NCBI GenBank assembly: GCA_965249035.1
Contig: CBDFKV010000007.1
Span: 1,408,313-1,472,312, forward strand
Origin: Candidatus Poriferihabitaceae bacterium
GTDB taxonomy: Bacteria; Pseudomonadota; Gammaproteobacteria; Arenicellales; Poriferihabitantaceae
Length of the DNA stretch: 64,000 bases
Reading direction: 5' to 3'
Under the pieces are notes generated by a model, which was not told where the DNA came from, ran no database searches, and saw nothing but the letters and a program-made list of their open reading frames with translations. Positions within the stretch are counted from its first letter, which is position 1; every line of letters starts with the position of its first letter. The position numbers were made by a program, and so were the translations under genes. This document shows, piece after piece, positions 33,386-43,224 of this stretch.

Positions 33386-34999
33386 ATGACAGATAAACAC
33401 TTAACCGATACCAGCTTTAGCGAACTTAACTTACACCCCTCGCTCATGCTGGGTTTAAAGGACGCCGGCTTCAGCCTGTGCACACCGATCCAGGCTTTAG
33501 CCTTACCGCCTGCGCTAAAAGGCCAAGACGTCGCTGGCCAGGCACAAACCGGCACCGGCAAAACCGCTGCCTTTTTGTTGGCAACCTTTCAGCGCTTGTT
33601 GGAATCTGCAGAAAAAGCAGAAGCGGAAGCAGAAGCGGAAGCGGAAGCTAAATTAGCTGAAACAAGCGCTGACCCGACCGCTACAGCAGCTAAAGACAGT
33701 GAGACAGGTGCAGACAGCGAAACAGCAGAAGCCACGCCAGATCAACCGAAAAAAAAACCTGCTTCACCCGCGCGCAAACCACGCGGCACTGGGATCAAAT
33801 CATTAATCCTAGCCCCCACTCGAGAGCTCGCGATCCAAATCCATAAGGATGCGGTAGTGTTAGGAAAGCACACGGGCTTAAAATTGGCACTTGCCTACGG
33901 CGGTACCGGCTATGAAAGCCAGCGCAAAGAAATCGAAGATGGCGCCGATATTTTGATCGGCACACCTGGCCGAGTGATTGACTACTTTAAGCAAAAAGTC
34001 TTTCATCTGGAAGCCATTGAAGTCGCGGTTATGGATGAAGCCGACCGCATGTTCGATCTCGGCTTTATCACCGACATCCGCTATTTACTGCGGCGCATGC
34101 CGGATGCAACTAAACGCTTGAACTTATTGTTCTCCGCCACATTGTCGTTCCGAGTTGAAGAACTCGCTTATGAGCATATGAATGCCCCTGAGCAAGTCAA
34201 GGTTGAATCAGAAATGGTGGTCGATCGGATTGAAGAGATTGTCTACTACCCGGCGCAAGACGAAAAAATTCGCTTATTGGTCAATCTGATCACCGCTAGC
34301 GAGCACACTCGCTCGCTGATCTTCGTCAATACCAAACACGAAGCCAACCGCGTCTATGACTGGCTGACCGCGAATCATCTAAAAACGTCGGTTTTGTCAG
34401 GTGATGTCGCCCAAGACCGTCGCGAAAAATTGTTAAAGGCGTTCCACGATGGCAAAACGTCGATTATGGTCGCTACCGATGTCGCTGCTCGGGGCTTACA
34501 TATTCCCGACGTAAGCCACGTCTATAATTACGATTTACCGCAAGATGCCGAAGATTATGTCCATCGTGCTGGTCGTACGGCTCGGGCTGGCGCTAGCGGT
34601 CACGCGGTTAGCCTTGCCTGCGAAAAATATGCTTACGGGATGATGGATATTGAGAAATTCATCGGCCATGCGTTGCCGGTCGGGCAAATTACGCCCGAAT
34701 TACTGGCCAAACTGGAAGTCACTCCTCAGCGTCGGCCTGAAAAACCCCGACGTGATACCCGAGGTGGGCGCGCTCGACCATCCAGTAGTGAAGGCCGAGG
34801 AGGACGGACTACCCGTAGCCGCAGTGAGCCTCGTCAAGCTGACCAGGCTAATCTCGCTGCGAAACCTCCTCAGGAAAAAACTGCGGCACAAGCCGCCCCT
34901 GCTAAAGTACCGAAGCGTGCACCGAAAGATCCGATTGAGTATATCCCTCCACCGGATCGCTTTAGCATACGCTTTGGTGAGATTCCCCTAATCGGTTAG
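33386..34999 (+). CDS. rhlB: DEAD-box ATP-dependent RNA helicase RhlB-like, with an acidic insertion and an Arg/Pro-rich tail
   Basis: Contains AQTGTGKT, PTRELA, DEAD, SAT and HRAGRTARAG motifs. Divergent from trxA, as in E. coli. Confidence 0.88.
   Translation: MTDKHLTDTSFSELNLHPSLMLGLKDAGFSLCTPIQALALPPALKGQDVAGQAQTGTGKTAAFLLATFQRLLESAEKAEAEAEAEAEAKLAETSADPTATAAKDSETGADSETAEATPDQPKKKPASPARKPRGTGIKSLILAPTRELAIQIHKDAVVLGKHTGLKLALAYGGTGYESQRKEIEDGADILIGTPGRVIDYFKQKVFHLEAIEVAVMDEADRMFDLGFITDIRYLLRRMPDATKRLNLLFSATLSFRVEELAYEHMNAPEQVKVESEMVVDRIEEIVYYPAQDEKIRLLVNLITASEHTRSLIFVNTKHEANRVYDWLTANHLKTSVLSGDVAQDRREKLLKAFHDGKTSIMVATDVAARGLHIPDVSHVYNYDLPQDAEDYVHRAGRTARAGASGHAVSLACEKYAYGMMDIEKFIGHALPVGQITPELLAKLEVTPQRRPEKPRRDTRGGRARPSSSEGRGGRTTRSRSEPRQADQANLAAKPPQEKTAAQAAPAKVPKRAPKDPIEYIPPPDRFSIRFGEIPLIG
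33616..33648 (+). repeat. Imperfect hexanucleotide (GCN-GAA) tandem repeat encoding (AE)5A inside rhlB
   Basis: gcagaagcggaagcagaagcggaagcggaagct. It is in frame within the RhlB insertion. Confidence 0.9.
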
Positions 35000-35144
35000 T
35001 TTCGGTCGGTCTAATTCATGAGCCAGCAGTACTAGTGACTGTGCGCTCGCTTCAGAATAAGACTCTCACCTAAACACTTTCACGGTGCAGCGAATGTGCA
35101 TCGTCATCGTCATCGTGATTACAAGCTTAGCTTTAGCCTCATAA

Positions 35145-36986
35145 TTAGCCGCTAGCTTCAGCTGATTTAGCTTCCTCTTCAGCACTTTCATCATAAAATG
35201 CTTCTGACTCTTCAACGGTTTTTGCCATCCGTCGTGCAAAGGAATAGATGCGACGCAAGGTCTCAAATAAGTCGTCTTCCAGCGCAAATACTTCAACCCG
35301 ATTCGGATCGTCCGACTGAAAGCGCAGCAGTTGCTGGGTATGAATTTGGTCCAGCATCATGTCCATTTCATCTTTGAATTCAAGCACGAAATTAGCCGCA
35401 ACCGCATTTTCCTGAGACACGGCGCGTATGGCTTGCTCCAAAGAATCATCTACCATCGCAAATAATTCGTTGATCCGCTCTTCAGTACCCGGGCTGATCT
35501 CGATATTCTTGTCTAGCTTTTCTTCACCAATCACCACTAAGCGCGTTGCAATCAGCTCACTAACAGATTCTAAAGCGCTGATTGAGCGCAACAAACTCTG
35601 TAGCTCTTGAGTCAAATCTTCGGACAAAGTTTCTTTACTAATTTTACGCAGATAACCGAGCGAGTCTCGGTACAGTTCACGCACCGCTTCAACTTGTTCT
35701 TTTGCTTGCTCAATCGCGCTTCTGTCACCTTTCAGAATGCCCGTCATCGAGCTCTTCAGCATCGATTGCACGTATTCGCCGATATGCAGCACTTCAAGGC
35801 GTACGCTATCGATTGCTAAGCTGGGCGTGGATATCAGTGCCTCATTCAAGTAGCGCGGCTTGGCCCGCTTTTTATCAACGCCGGCACTTTCTTCTCGATC
35901 AGGTATCAGCTTGGTAACCAATTTAGCCATTTGAGGCGCAAACCAGATAAAGATGAACGTATTAGCGATATTAAAAATGGTGTGGGCATTGGCGATTTGT
36001 CGCGGCGTTTCCGCAGCCAACCTATCGGCACCACTGAGCTCCGCATGAGCGGGCGAGACGTTACTCACCAACTCTGCCAACCAGGGTATAAATGCAATCC
36101 ACAGCGCCACTCCAGCAATATTAAAAATAACATGTACCATCGCAGCACGCCTGGCTTCGCTGGGCTTGCCGATCGATGCCAGCAGAGCAGTGACGCACGT
36201 ACCAACATTAGCTCCAAATGCCAATGCGATTCCGGCTGGCAAGGTAATAAACCCCTGGCTCGCCATAGCGATTACAATACCCGTGGTCGCTGATGATGAC
36301 TGCACCAAGCCAGTAAAAGCGGCTGCCACCAAAATGCCAATTACTGGATTCTCCATGCTGATCATTAAGTCAAGGAACGGCTGAAATGTTCTGAGCGGCT
36401 TCATAGCATCGCTCATGATACTCATGCCGAAAAAGATCAAACCGAGGCCCATCAGCATTGCGCCATAATGCTTGATCTTGTCCTTCTTACCCGCGAACAA
36501 CATCGCAAAACCAATCGCAATCATTAGCATCGCGGCTTTGGTGACTTTGAACGCAACAATCTGTGCGGTGATGGTGGTGCCGATATTGGCACCCATAATC
36601 ACGCCAATCGACTGAGTCAGCGTCATCAGTCCAGCTGAAATAAACCCGACCACCAATACGGTCGTAACCGATGAAGATTGGATAACTGCGGTGATAAACG
36701 CGCCGGTGATCGCGCCCATAAAGCGGTTCTTAGTCAATTTCTCCAAAATATCGCGCATACGCGTGCCAGCAACCGCTTTCAGCGAGTCTGACATTTGCTC
36801 CATGCCGAATAAAAACAGCGCCAAGCCACCAAATAATTGCATCGCCATTTGCATCCACTGGATCTCTGCGGGCGCCGCATCAGACGCTGCCCACACTGCC
36901 AAAGGAATCATCGTGACGGCGAAAAACAGGAATAAAGGGATAACAGCCAGATTAGCCTGGCGAAAGCTTGAGGGTAGTCGTTGCAT
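35145..36986 (-). CDS. Na+/phosphate cotransporter family protein (NptA/YjbB-like) with a C-terminal PhoU-like domain
   Basis: 613 aa with duplicated QSSSxTT/QSSSATT motifs typical of Na/Pi-II-related transporters, plus a helical cytoplasmic C-terminus. Confidence 0.85.
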   Translation of the reverse strand: MQRLPSSFRQANLAVIPLFLFFAVTMIPLAVWAASDAAPAEIQWMQMAMQLFGGLALFLFGMEQMSDSLKAVAGTRMRDILEKLTKNRFMGAITGAFITAVIQSSSVTTVLVVGFISAGLMTLTQSIGVIMGANIGTTITAQIVAFKVTKAAMLMIAIGFAMLFAGKKDKIKHYGAMLMGLGLIFFGMSIMSDAMKPLRTFQPFLDLMISMENPVIGILVAAAFTGLVQSSSATTGIVIAMASQGFITLPAGIALAFGANVGTCVTALLASIGKPSEARRAAMVHVIFNIAGVALWIAFIPWLAELVSNVSPAHAELSGADRLAAETPRQIANAHTIFNIANTFIFIWFAPQMAKLVTKLIPDREESAGVDKKRAKPRYLNEALISTPSLAIDSVRLEVLHIGEYVQSMLKSSMTGILKGDRSAIEQAKEQVEAVRELYRDSLGYLRKISKETLSEDLTQELQSLLRSISALESVSELIATRLVVIGEEKLDKNIEISPGTEERINELFAMVDDSLEQAIRAVSQENAVAANFVLEFKDEMDMMLDQIHTQQLLRFQSDDPNRVEVFALEDDLFETLRRIYSFARRMAKTVEESEAFYDESAEEEAKSAEASG

Positions 36987-37156
36987 GTCGTTTTTTATGG
37001 TTTAGTTAGCACTCATAGGTGCCTTTATTCTCCACTCGAAGTGCTCCGAGTGTACACGAAAAAATGACTTAGATTAAAGCGGTTTAGTCTGGCATCAGCG
37101 CCTTTAGTTGCTATGCTACGCCCTACACAGCAACTAATTAGCGCCCTAGAAAACCT

Positions 37157-37480
37157 TTAAGACGGGTCGCCTTGGGTGGTTTCGTTAGTGTCTTGAGGCT
37201 CTGCTGCAGCAGTCGCCTCAGAATCAGATTCTGACTTGGCCATTGCCTCTTTGAGCATGACGATGCCTTTTTTACGCTCCGTTTTGATGATCTTGAGCTT
37301 GCGTCGCATCTGGCGCGCTTTGTCTTGATCCTGTTCAACCTCAAGGTCAGCTTTGATTTGACGCTTCTCTTCTTTAAGTTGTTTCAACAGGCTTTTTATC
37401 TTCTTCTTTTTCTTAATGACCTTCTTGGTCTTGGCGTTGATCAATCCGTCGAGTTGTTCGAGTGCTTTTTTAATTTTCAT
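37157..37480 (-). CDS. Small Lys/Glu-rich predicted coiled-coil protein, function unknown
   Basis: 107 aa. A GAGG Shine-Dalgarno lies 9 nt upstream of the ATG. Composition is highly charged (KKKKKIKSLLKQLKEEKRQIK). No family recognised. Confidence 0.6.
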   Translation of the reverse strand: MKIKKALEQLDGLINAKTKKVIKKKKKIKSLLKQLKEEKRQIKADLEVEQDQDKARQMRRKLKIIKTERKKGIVMLKEAMAKSESDSEATAAAEPQDTNETTQGDPS

Positions 37481-37785
37481 GGTTTTTTACCTCGCCTGGG
37501 TCTACGTTGGTCTTACAATGGTCTCCCGACTTAACAGCGTGGCCAGTCTATTCAAATAGCGTGCTCACACTACATAACGACGGATCATAGCGAAATTCTA
37601 AGGCATACGCCATCTTGGTGAGCACATCAGGGTACCGCACAAATGTGTCATTTGTATAAATTTATTAGGCACGACCCCGACACAAGCACGTTGCGTTATG
37701 GTCTGATCTAACGAAAGTTTTGCGGTATTTTTCCTGGCGCGAATTGCCTACAATCCGGTCGACCTTCATTACCCATTCAAATCGC

Positions 37786-38808
37786 ATGCCGAACACAGTC
37801 ACCAATGCTCGCAACAACGCTTCATTTATTGTCGACAAAGATGAAACTGTCTTGGCCGCCGCACTTAGGAACGGCCATGTATTTGCTTATGGCTGCCAAA
37901 TGGGCTTGTGTGGGGATTGCAAAACTGACCTGGTCTCCGGTGAAATCGACTATGGTGACTATGACGAATCAACGCTGACCGAAGATGAAAAGGCTGATGG
38001 CAAAATACTGCTGTGCCAAGCTAAAGCCAATAGTGATATCGTGATTGATGCCGAAGAGCTAACTATTGCCGAAGGCATCGAAATCAAAACCTTGCCGACC
38101 CGAATTAACGAGCTGAATGTGTTGGCTGACGATGTCATGCAGGTGTTTTTACGCTTACCGAATACACAAACCTTTAATTTCCTGCCCGGGCAATACATCC
38201 ACTTACTGCTTCAGGAAGGCAAACAACGCAGCTTTTCAATCGCCAATTTGCCCGATAACGCTAAAGAGAACGGCATTGAGCTGCATCTTCGCCTGGTGCC
38301 TGGTGGGTTTTATACCCCTCGCTTTTTTTCAGATGCCAAGCTCAAAGACATCATTCGCATTCAAGGACCATTCGGCACCTATTATTTGCGCAAAGAAGAT
38401 GAACGACCGATCATCATGGTTGCGGGTGGAACGGGATTTGCACCGATTAAGGGCTTAATCGAAGACGCTATCGACAGCGGCTTAGAGCAGCCGATTCACT
38501 TATTCTGGGGGGCTCGAGCCAGCCAGGATTTGTATATGGATGAGCTATGCCAATCTTGGGCCAAGCAACATGACAACATCCAATACACCCCGGTATTATC
38601 CGAACCCGATGCCGATTGGCAAGGCGCTAGCGGCTTTGTACATGAAACGGTGCTTGCCTCTTATCCTGACTTGAGCAACCATTGCGCTTACGTCAGCGGC
38701 CCGCCGATTATGATTGATGCGGTGACTGCAGGTGCGGTTAAGAATGGTTTAAATCAGGAACTGTTATATACCGACTCGTTTGACTACGCGGCAGCGCTGG
38801 GTGCTTAA
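37786..38808 (+). CDS. 2Fe-2S ferredoxin / FAD / NAD(P)H oxidoreductase (Fre / CDP-6-deoxy-delta-3,4-glucoseen reductase-like)
   Basis: N-terminal plant-type ferredoxin Cys pattern (CQMGLCGDCKT...LCQ), RSFSIA (the RxYS-type FAD motif) and GGTGFAP (NAD(P)H-binding). Start at the ATG at 37786. Confidence 0.85.
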   Translation: MPNTVTNARNNASFIVDKDETVLAAALRNGHVFAYGCQMGLCGDCKTDLVSGEIDYGDYDESTLTEDEKADGKILLCQAKANSDIVIDAEELTIAEGIEIKTLPTRINELNVLADDVMQVFLRLPNTQTFNFLPGQYIHLLLQEGKQRSFSIANLPDNAKENGIELHLRLVPGGFYTPRFFSDAKLKDIIRIQGPFGTYYLRKEDERPIIMVAGGTGFAPIKGLIEDAIDSGLEQPIHLFWGARASQDLYMDELCQSWAKQHDNIQYTPVLSEPDADWQGASGFVHETVLASYPDLSNHCAYVSGPPIMIDAVTAGAVKNGLNQELLYTDSFDYAAALGA

Positions 38809-38827
38809 TTGGTCTTGATAGCGGTAT

Positions 38828-39211
38828 TCATGCGTCAAAACTGACGCCAACCTGGCTTTGATAGACCTTGTCGTACACCAGCTCTATGGATACATCGCCC
38901 TTAACATCACCCTGGACATCACTCATCTGCACTTGCTTGAGTTCTGGGATGCGAACCGCCAGCCAAGAGCACATCGCTGCAGCCGCGGATTCGTTGTCAG
39001 CCCGGATGGCATGATACAAGTTTGAAGCCACAAACTGCGCTTGCTGCTCTAGTTCCGGCGTGTCGATCGTTTCATCTCCCAAACGCACACCCTTTGCCAT
39101 CTGCTGATCCATCTTTTCCAGATAATCTGCTTGCTTGGCAACTAGCGCTACTTCACGGTCGTATTCCAGCTGGGCGATGCCGTTTAAAAGAATCGCAAGT
39201 TTGTATCGCAT
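38828..39211 (-). CDS. Hypothetical protein (127 aa), no recognised family
   Basis: Clean ORF of ordinary composition in an otherwise empty interval. No motif recognised and the Shine-Dalgarno is weak. Confidence 0.55.
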   Translation of the reverse strand: MRYKLAILLNGIAQLEYDREVALVAKQADYLEKMDQQMAKGVRLGDETIDTPELEQQAQFVASNLYHAIRADNESAAAAMCSWLAVRIPELKQVQMSDVQGDVKGDVSIELVYDKVYQSQVGVSFDA

Positions 39212-39414
39212 ATAGTGACTCGGTTATTTGTGGGGCAGATACCGTATCAAAACCCAACCCAGCTTAAAACCACCCCATAGAGACAGGTTTGAAGTTGGTT
39301 TCGATAACCTTTGGTAGGCCTTGATTCGTTACCAAGATGCGCTATATTAATCCTAAGGGCTGATAAAGGAATTGTAATCGCCCAACAAAAACACATTTAG
39401 CTGAGGAACATACC

Positions 39415-40350
39415 ATGGAACTACTACCGATTCTCGTACTCGCCTTTGCCGTAATTATCGTCTTTTTGGGGGCAAAAATAGTGCCACAGGGAGAAGAATA
39501 CACGGTCGAACGCTTAGGAAAATATACCCGCACGCTAAAACCAGGCTTTCACGTTATCATTCCAGTGGTTGACTCGATTGGCACCAAGCTCAACATGATG
39601 GAGCAGGTCAAAGACGTGCCCTCACAAGAGGTCATCACCAAAGACAACGCCATGGTGCAAGTTGATGGGGTGGTATTTTTCCAAATTATTGATGCAGCCA
39701 AAGCAGCCTACGAGGTGCGCGACCTTGACCGCGCCATCATGAATTTAACCATGACTAATATCCGTACTGTCATGGGCTCGATGGACTTAGATGAATTGCT
39801 GTCGCAGCGCGAACGAATTAATGCGTCCTTGCTTAATGTGGTCGATGAAGCCGCCAGCAACTGGGGTGTACACATTACCCGGGTTGAAATCAAAGATATC
39901 AACCCACCACAAGACCTGGTCAATTCAATGGCCCGGCAAATGAAGGCTGAGCGAGATAAGCGCGCTACCATCCTCGATGCTCAAGCAGTTCGTGAAGCAG
40001 ATATTCAACGCGCTGAAGGTGAAAAGCGCGCACAAGTATTGGCCGCTGAAGGTCTTAAAGAAGCAGCTTTCCGCGAAGCTGAAGCCCGCGAACGGTCGGC
40101 CGAAGCCGAGGCAAAAGCCACCACCATGGTATCTGAAGCCATTGCTAAGGGTGACGTTAACGCGATCAATTATTTTGTCGCCCAAAGATACACTGAAGCG
40201 CTGAAAGAAATTGCCTCTGCACCCAACCAAAAACTGGTGCTGATGCCGCTAGAAGCCAGTAGCCTCATTGGCTCAATTGCTGGTATTGCTGAATTGGCCA
40301 AAGGTATTGGTACCGAAACCAAAAAAAGTAAAGACAAGGAGTCGAGCTAA
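39415..40350 (+). CDS. qmcA: SPFH/band-7 (stomatin/QmcA-like) protein
   Basis: N-terminal TM, an SPFH core (VPQGEEYTVERLGKY...) and an Ala/Glu-rich coiled coil. Paired with NfeD. Confidence 0.88.
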   Translation: MELLPILVLAFAVIIVFLGAKIVPQGEEYTVERLGKYTRTLKPGFHVIIPVVDSIGTKLNMMEQVKDVPSQEVITKDNAMVQVDGVVFFQIIDAAKAAYEVRDLDRAIMNLTMTNIRTVMGSMDLDELLSQRERINASLLNVVDEAASNWGVHITRVEIKDINPPQDLVNSMARQMKAERDKRATILDAQAVREADIQRAEGEKRAQVLAAEGLKEAAFREAEARERSAEAEAKATTMVSEAIAKGDVNAINYFVAQRYTEALKEIASAPNQKLVLMPLEASSLIGSIAGIAELAKGIGTETKKSKDKESS

Positions 40351-40796
40351 TGGACGGGCTGTTTGATCACATCCAGTTTTGGCAATGGTGGGTGCTAGCG
40401 ATGGTGATGTTTATTCTGGAAGTATTTTCGCCCGCGGCCATCTTCATGTGGATCGGCTTTGCAGCTGCAATCATGGGCTTCATCCTGCTCGCCGCACCCG
40501 AAATGGCGTGGGAAACACAGTTTTTACTATTCGCCGCCTTAAGCGTCGCGGCAATTTTTCTCGGCCGTTTATGGTTTCGCAAAAAACCCATAGCCACTGA
40601 CCGCCCAGGTTTAAACCAACGCGGCGTCGATTTAATCGGCCAAGTGTTTCCGGTTACCCAAGCGATTAAAAATGGCACCGGCCGTATTAAAGTGGGTGAC
40701 TCAAGTTGGAAAGCAATCGGCCCAGACTCCGCTGTGGGTGAGCGAGTCCGCGTGGTTGCAGTAGAGTCGGCCGCGCTCAAAGTAGAGCATGATTAA
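40350..40796 (+). CDS. NfeD-family membrane protein (YbbJ-like)
   Basis: 148 aa with TM helices and a C-terminal OB-like domain (GRIKVGDSSWKA). TAATG overlap with the SPFH gene. Confidence 0.85.
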   Translation: MDGLFDHIQFWQWWVLAMVMFILEVFSPAAIFMWIGFAAAIMGFILLAAPEMAWETQFLLFAALSVAAIFLGRLWFRKKPIATDRPGLNQRGVDLIGQVFPVTQAIKNGTGRIKVGDSSWKAIGPDSAVGERVRVVAVESAALKVEHD

Positions 40797-40815
40797 GGCA
40801 GCCTAACTAAAGCGC

Positions 40816-41841
40816 TCAAATTGGGCTGAGGCTGTCTAAATCCCAGCGCGGCTGAATATTAAATGCCAGCGACTGACTGACCTGCGACCGTAATCGTACT
40901 GCACCGGCGTAAGCAATCATCGCCCCATTGTCGGTACAAAACTCGAATCTTGGATAATAGACTTCAGCGCCTTCAGCCTCGGCCATCTCTCGCACCCGCT
41001 GCCGTAATTGCTGATTGGCGCCCACTCCGCCAGCTATTACCAAGGTTTGGTACCCCGTCTGCTGCAATGCGCGGCGGCACTTGATCATCAAGGTATCCGT
41101 CACTGCATCCTGAAAGGCATAGGCGATATCGGCAACCGTTTGCTGATTCAAATCATCTGCTGCTTTACACTGCTGGGCAGTGGTCAAGGCAAAGGTTTTC
41201 AAACCACTGAAACTGAAATCCAGCCCCGGCCGATTAACCATTGGGCGCGGAAAATCAAAGCGATCTGTACTGCCTAGTTGCGCTACTTTGGCGATCGACG
41301 GCCCACCAGGATAACTCAAGCCCAATAATTTGGCCGTTTTATCAAATGCCTCTCCAGCCGCATCATCTAAACTTTGGCCCAAAATAGCGTAATCACCGAT
41401 CGCTTTGACATCGACCAGCAAGGTATGACCACCAGACACCAGCAACGCTACGAAGGGGGCTTGTGGCGGTGTTGTTTCGAGCATCGGCGCGAGTAGGTGA
41501 CCTTCCATGTGATGAACCCCAACGGCGGGCACGCCCCAGCCAAAGGCTAAGCTGCGGCCAACCGATGCCCCGACTAGCAATGCGCCGGCCAAGCCTGGCC
41601 CAGCGGTATAGGCAACTGCATCGGGTTTTTGCCCTTGATTAGCGACGTCGTTAATTACCGCATCAACCAGCGGCGTCAATGTCCGAATATGATCGCGCGC
41701 AGCCAGCTCCGGCACCACCCCACCATAAGGCTGGTGGAGTTCAATTTGTGAGGCCAGTTTATGCACCAACAAACCTTTCTCATCATCATAAATCGCTACA
41801 CCCGTATCATCGCAAGAGGTTTCTATTCCCAGCACGCGCAT
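40816..41841 (-). CDS. tsaD: tRNA N6-adenosine threonylcarbamoyltransferase
   Basis: 341 aa: [19 protein letters not shown]...[10 protein letters not shown]..., a canonical TsaD/Kae1 sequence. Confidence 0.96.
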   Translation of the reverse strand: MRVLGIETSCDDTGVAIYDDEKGLLVHKLASQIELHQPYGGVVPELAARDHIRTLTPLVDAVINDVANQGQKPDAVAYTAGPGLAGALLVGASVGRSLAFGWGVPAVGVHHMEGHLLAPMLETTPPQAPFVALLVSGGHTLLVDVKAIGDYAILGQSLDDAAGEAFDKTAKLLGLSYPGGPSIAKVAQLGSTDRFDFPRPMVNRPGLDFSFSGLKTFALTTAQQCKAADDLNQQTVADIAYAFQDAVTDTLMIKCRRALQQTGYQTLVIAGGVGANQQLRQRVREMAEAEGAEVYYPRFEFCTDNGAMIAYAGAVRLRSQVSQSLAFNIQPRWDLDSLSPI

Positions 41842-42386
41842 TAGACTATATCCTCAACATACAGACCAAATTTACCTGTGCTGCGATCGGCAAAAAAACA
41901 CTCGAGCGTACGTCGAATCATCGGAAAAGAAATCTCATCCCACGGGATTTCATGCTCTTTAAACAACGCAGTCTCCAGGCTTTCTTCACCCACGCCGAAA
42001 CCATCTTCGGACAGCAAATTCGCACGAAACATCATATACACCTGACTAAACCGTGGCACGCTGTGAATCGTATACAAACGCATGCGGTGCACCTCAGCGA
42101 GCGCTTCTTCCCAAGTTTCGCGAGCGGCGCATTGTTCAACCGACTCACCATTTTCCATAAAGCCGGCTGGCAAGGTCCAAGCGCCGTAGCGTGGCTCGAT
42201 TGCCCGACGACACAATAAAATTCGGTCTTCCCAAACCGGTACTACGCCAGCCACCACTTTTGGATTTTGGTAATGGATGATACTGCAACTGGTACACACA
42301 TCGCGTTCACGGCTATCGCCGTCGGGGACAGCGCGCTGGGTCGTCGCACCGCAATCGGGGCAATTATTTATCGGGCGCATGGGCAT
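41841..42386 (-). CDS. NUDIX hydrolase with an N-terminal zinc ribbon
   Basis: CPDCG...CTSC precedes the Nudix box [21 protein letters not shown]. The stop overlaps the tsaD ATG (TAATG). Confidence 0.85.
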   Translation of the reverse strand: MPMRPINNCPDCGATTQRAVPDGDSRERDVCTSCSIIHYQNPKVVAGVVPVWEDRILLCRRAIEPRYGAWTLPAGFMENGESVEQCAARETWEEALAEVHRMRLYTIHSVPRFSQVYMMFRANLLSEDGFGVGEESLETALFKEHEIPWDEISFPMIRRTLECFFADRSTGKFGLYVEDIV

Positions 42387-42494
42387 CTGCTATCATTCAG
42401 TTGACTTAGATTATACGTTAATCTGCCTTGTCTCCTCGAAACAGACATTGGCGCTAATTTGAAGGGATGAGGGCACATCCATTGAACCGACGAT

Positions 42495-43211
42495 ATGAAT
42501 AAAAATATACTGATTACGGGCAACAGTGGCGGCTTGGGCCTGGCCTTCACCCAACATCTATTAAACCAAGACTATACTGTTTATGGTTGTAGCCGTCGCG
42601 GTTGCGCACTGCAACACCCCCAGCTATTCGACCACCCACTGGATTTGGCCGACCTCAGCGCGGTTCAAGCCGGTCTCGCTGAGCTACTCGGCGGTGTGGA
42701 ATATCTTAAGACTGTCATCTTAAACGCGGGCATTCTCGGTGATATCCAAACGATGCCTACCATCGACATGGATAATCTAAAGTCGCTGATGGATATCAAT
42801 GTTTGGTCCAACAAGCTAGCGCTTGATTGGCTGCTGCAAAATGTTCCCCGCATCGATCAAGTGATCGCCATTTCGTCGGGTGCTGCGGTCAATGGTCATA
42901 AGGGTTGGGGCGCCTATTCCTTATCAAAGGCGGCGCTGAATATGTTGACCAAACTCTACGCCAGCGAATATCCATGCACCCACTTTACCGCACTGGCGCC
43001 GGGCTTGGTCGATACCGCCATGCAAGATCACCTATGTAACCCACAACAAGTTGATGCTGAGCGCTTTCCATCGGTGCAAAAGCTGCGTGCCGCCCGTGGG
43101 ACTGACAATATGCCGACGGCCGATCAAGCGGCCGCAACCATTCTGAGTTTATTGCCGACATTGCCCGACCGCACAGAAAGCGGTGCATTTGTTGACGTAC
43201 GCACGCTCTAG
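42495..43211 (+). CDS. Short-chain dehydrogenase/reductase (SDR) family oxidoreductase
   Basis: TGNSGGLG (TGxxxGxG) and YSLSKAAL (YxxxK) motifs. Confidence 0.85.
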   Translation: MNKNILITGNSGGLGLAFTQHLLNQDYTVYGCSRRGCALQHPQLFDHPLDLADLSAVQAGLAELLGGVEYLKTVILNAGILGDIQTMPTIDMDNLKSLMDINVWSNKLALDWLLQNVPRIDQVIAISSGAAVNGHKGWGAYSLSKAALNMLTKLYASEYPCTHFTALAPGLVDTAMQDHLCNPQQVDAERFPSVQKLRAARGTDNMPTADQAAATILSLLPTLPDRTESGAFVDVRTL

Positions 43212-43224
43212 CCAGCCCGGACCA

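Noticed and set aside
33616-33648. The GCNGAA tandem repeat, considered as a possible CRISPR, VNTR or phase-variation tract.
   Set aside because: It is only about 5.5 imperfect hexamer units and is in frame within rhlB. Changes by whole units preserve the frame, so it cannot act as an on/off switch. There is no spacer-repeat architecture.
35099-35116. The (CATCGT)3 tandem repeat between convergent rhlB and the Na/Pi transporter gene.
   Set aside because: It is only 18 bp and lies in a 3' intergenic region, with no associated structure or ORF. It is most likely chance or slippage debris.
40367-42218. Long antisense ORFs 40367-40780 (137 aa) and 41679-42218 (179 aa).
   Set aside because: They lie opposite well-supported NfeD, TsaD and Nudix genes. 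Their composition is implausible and no motif is recognisable.
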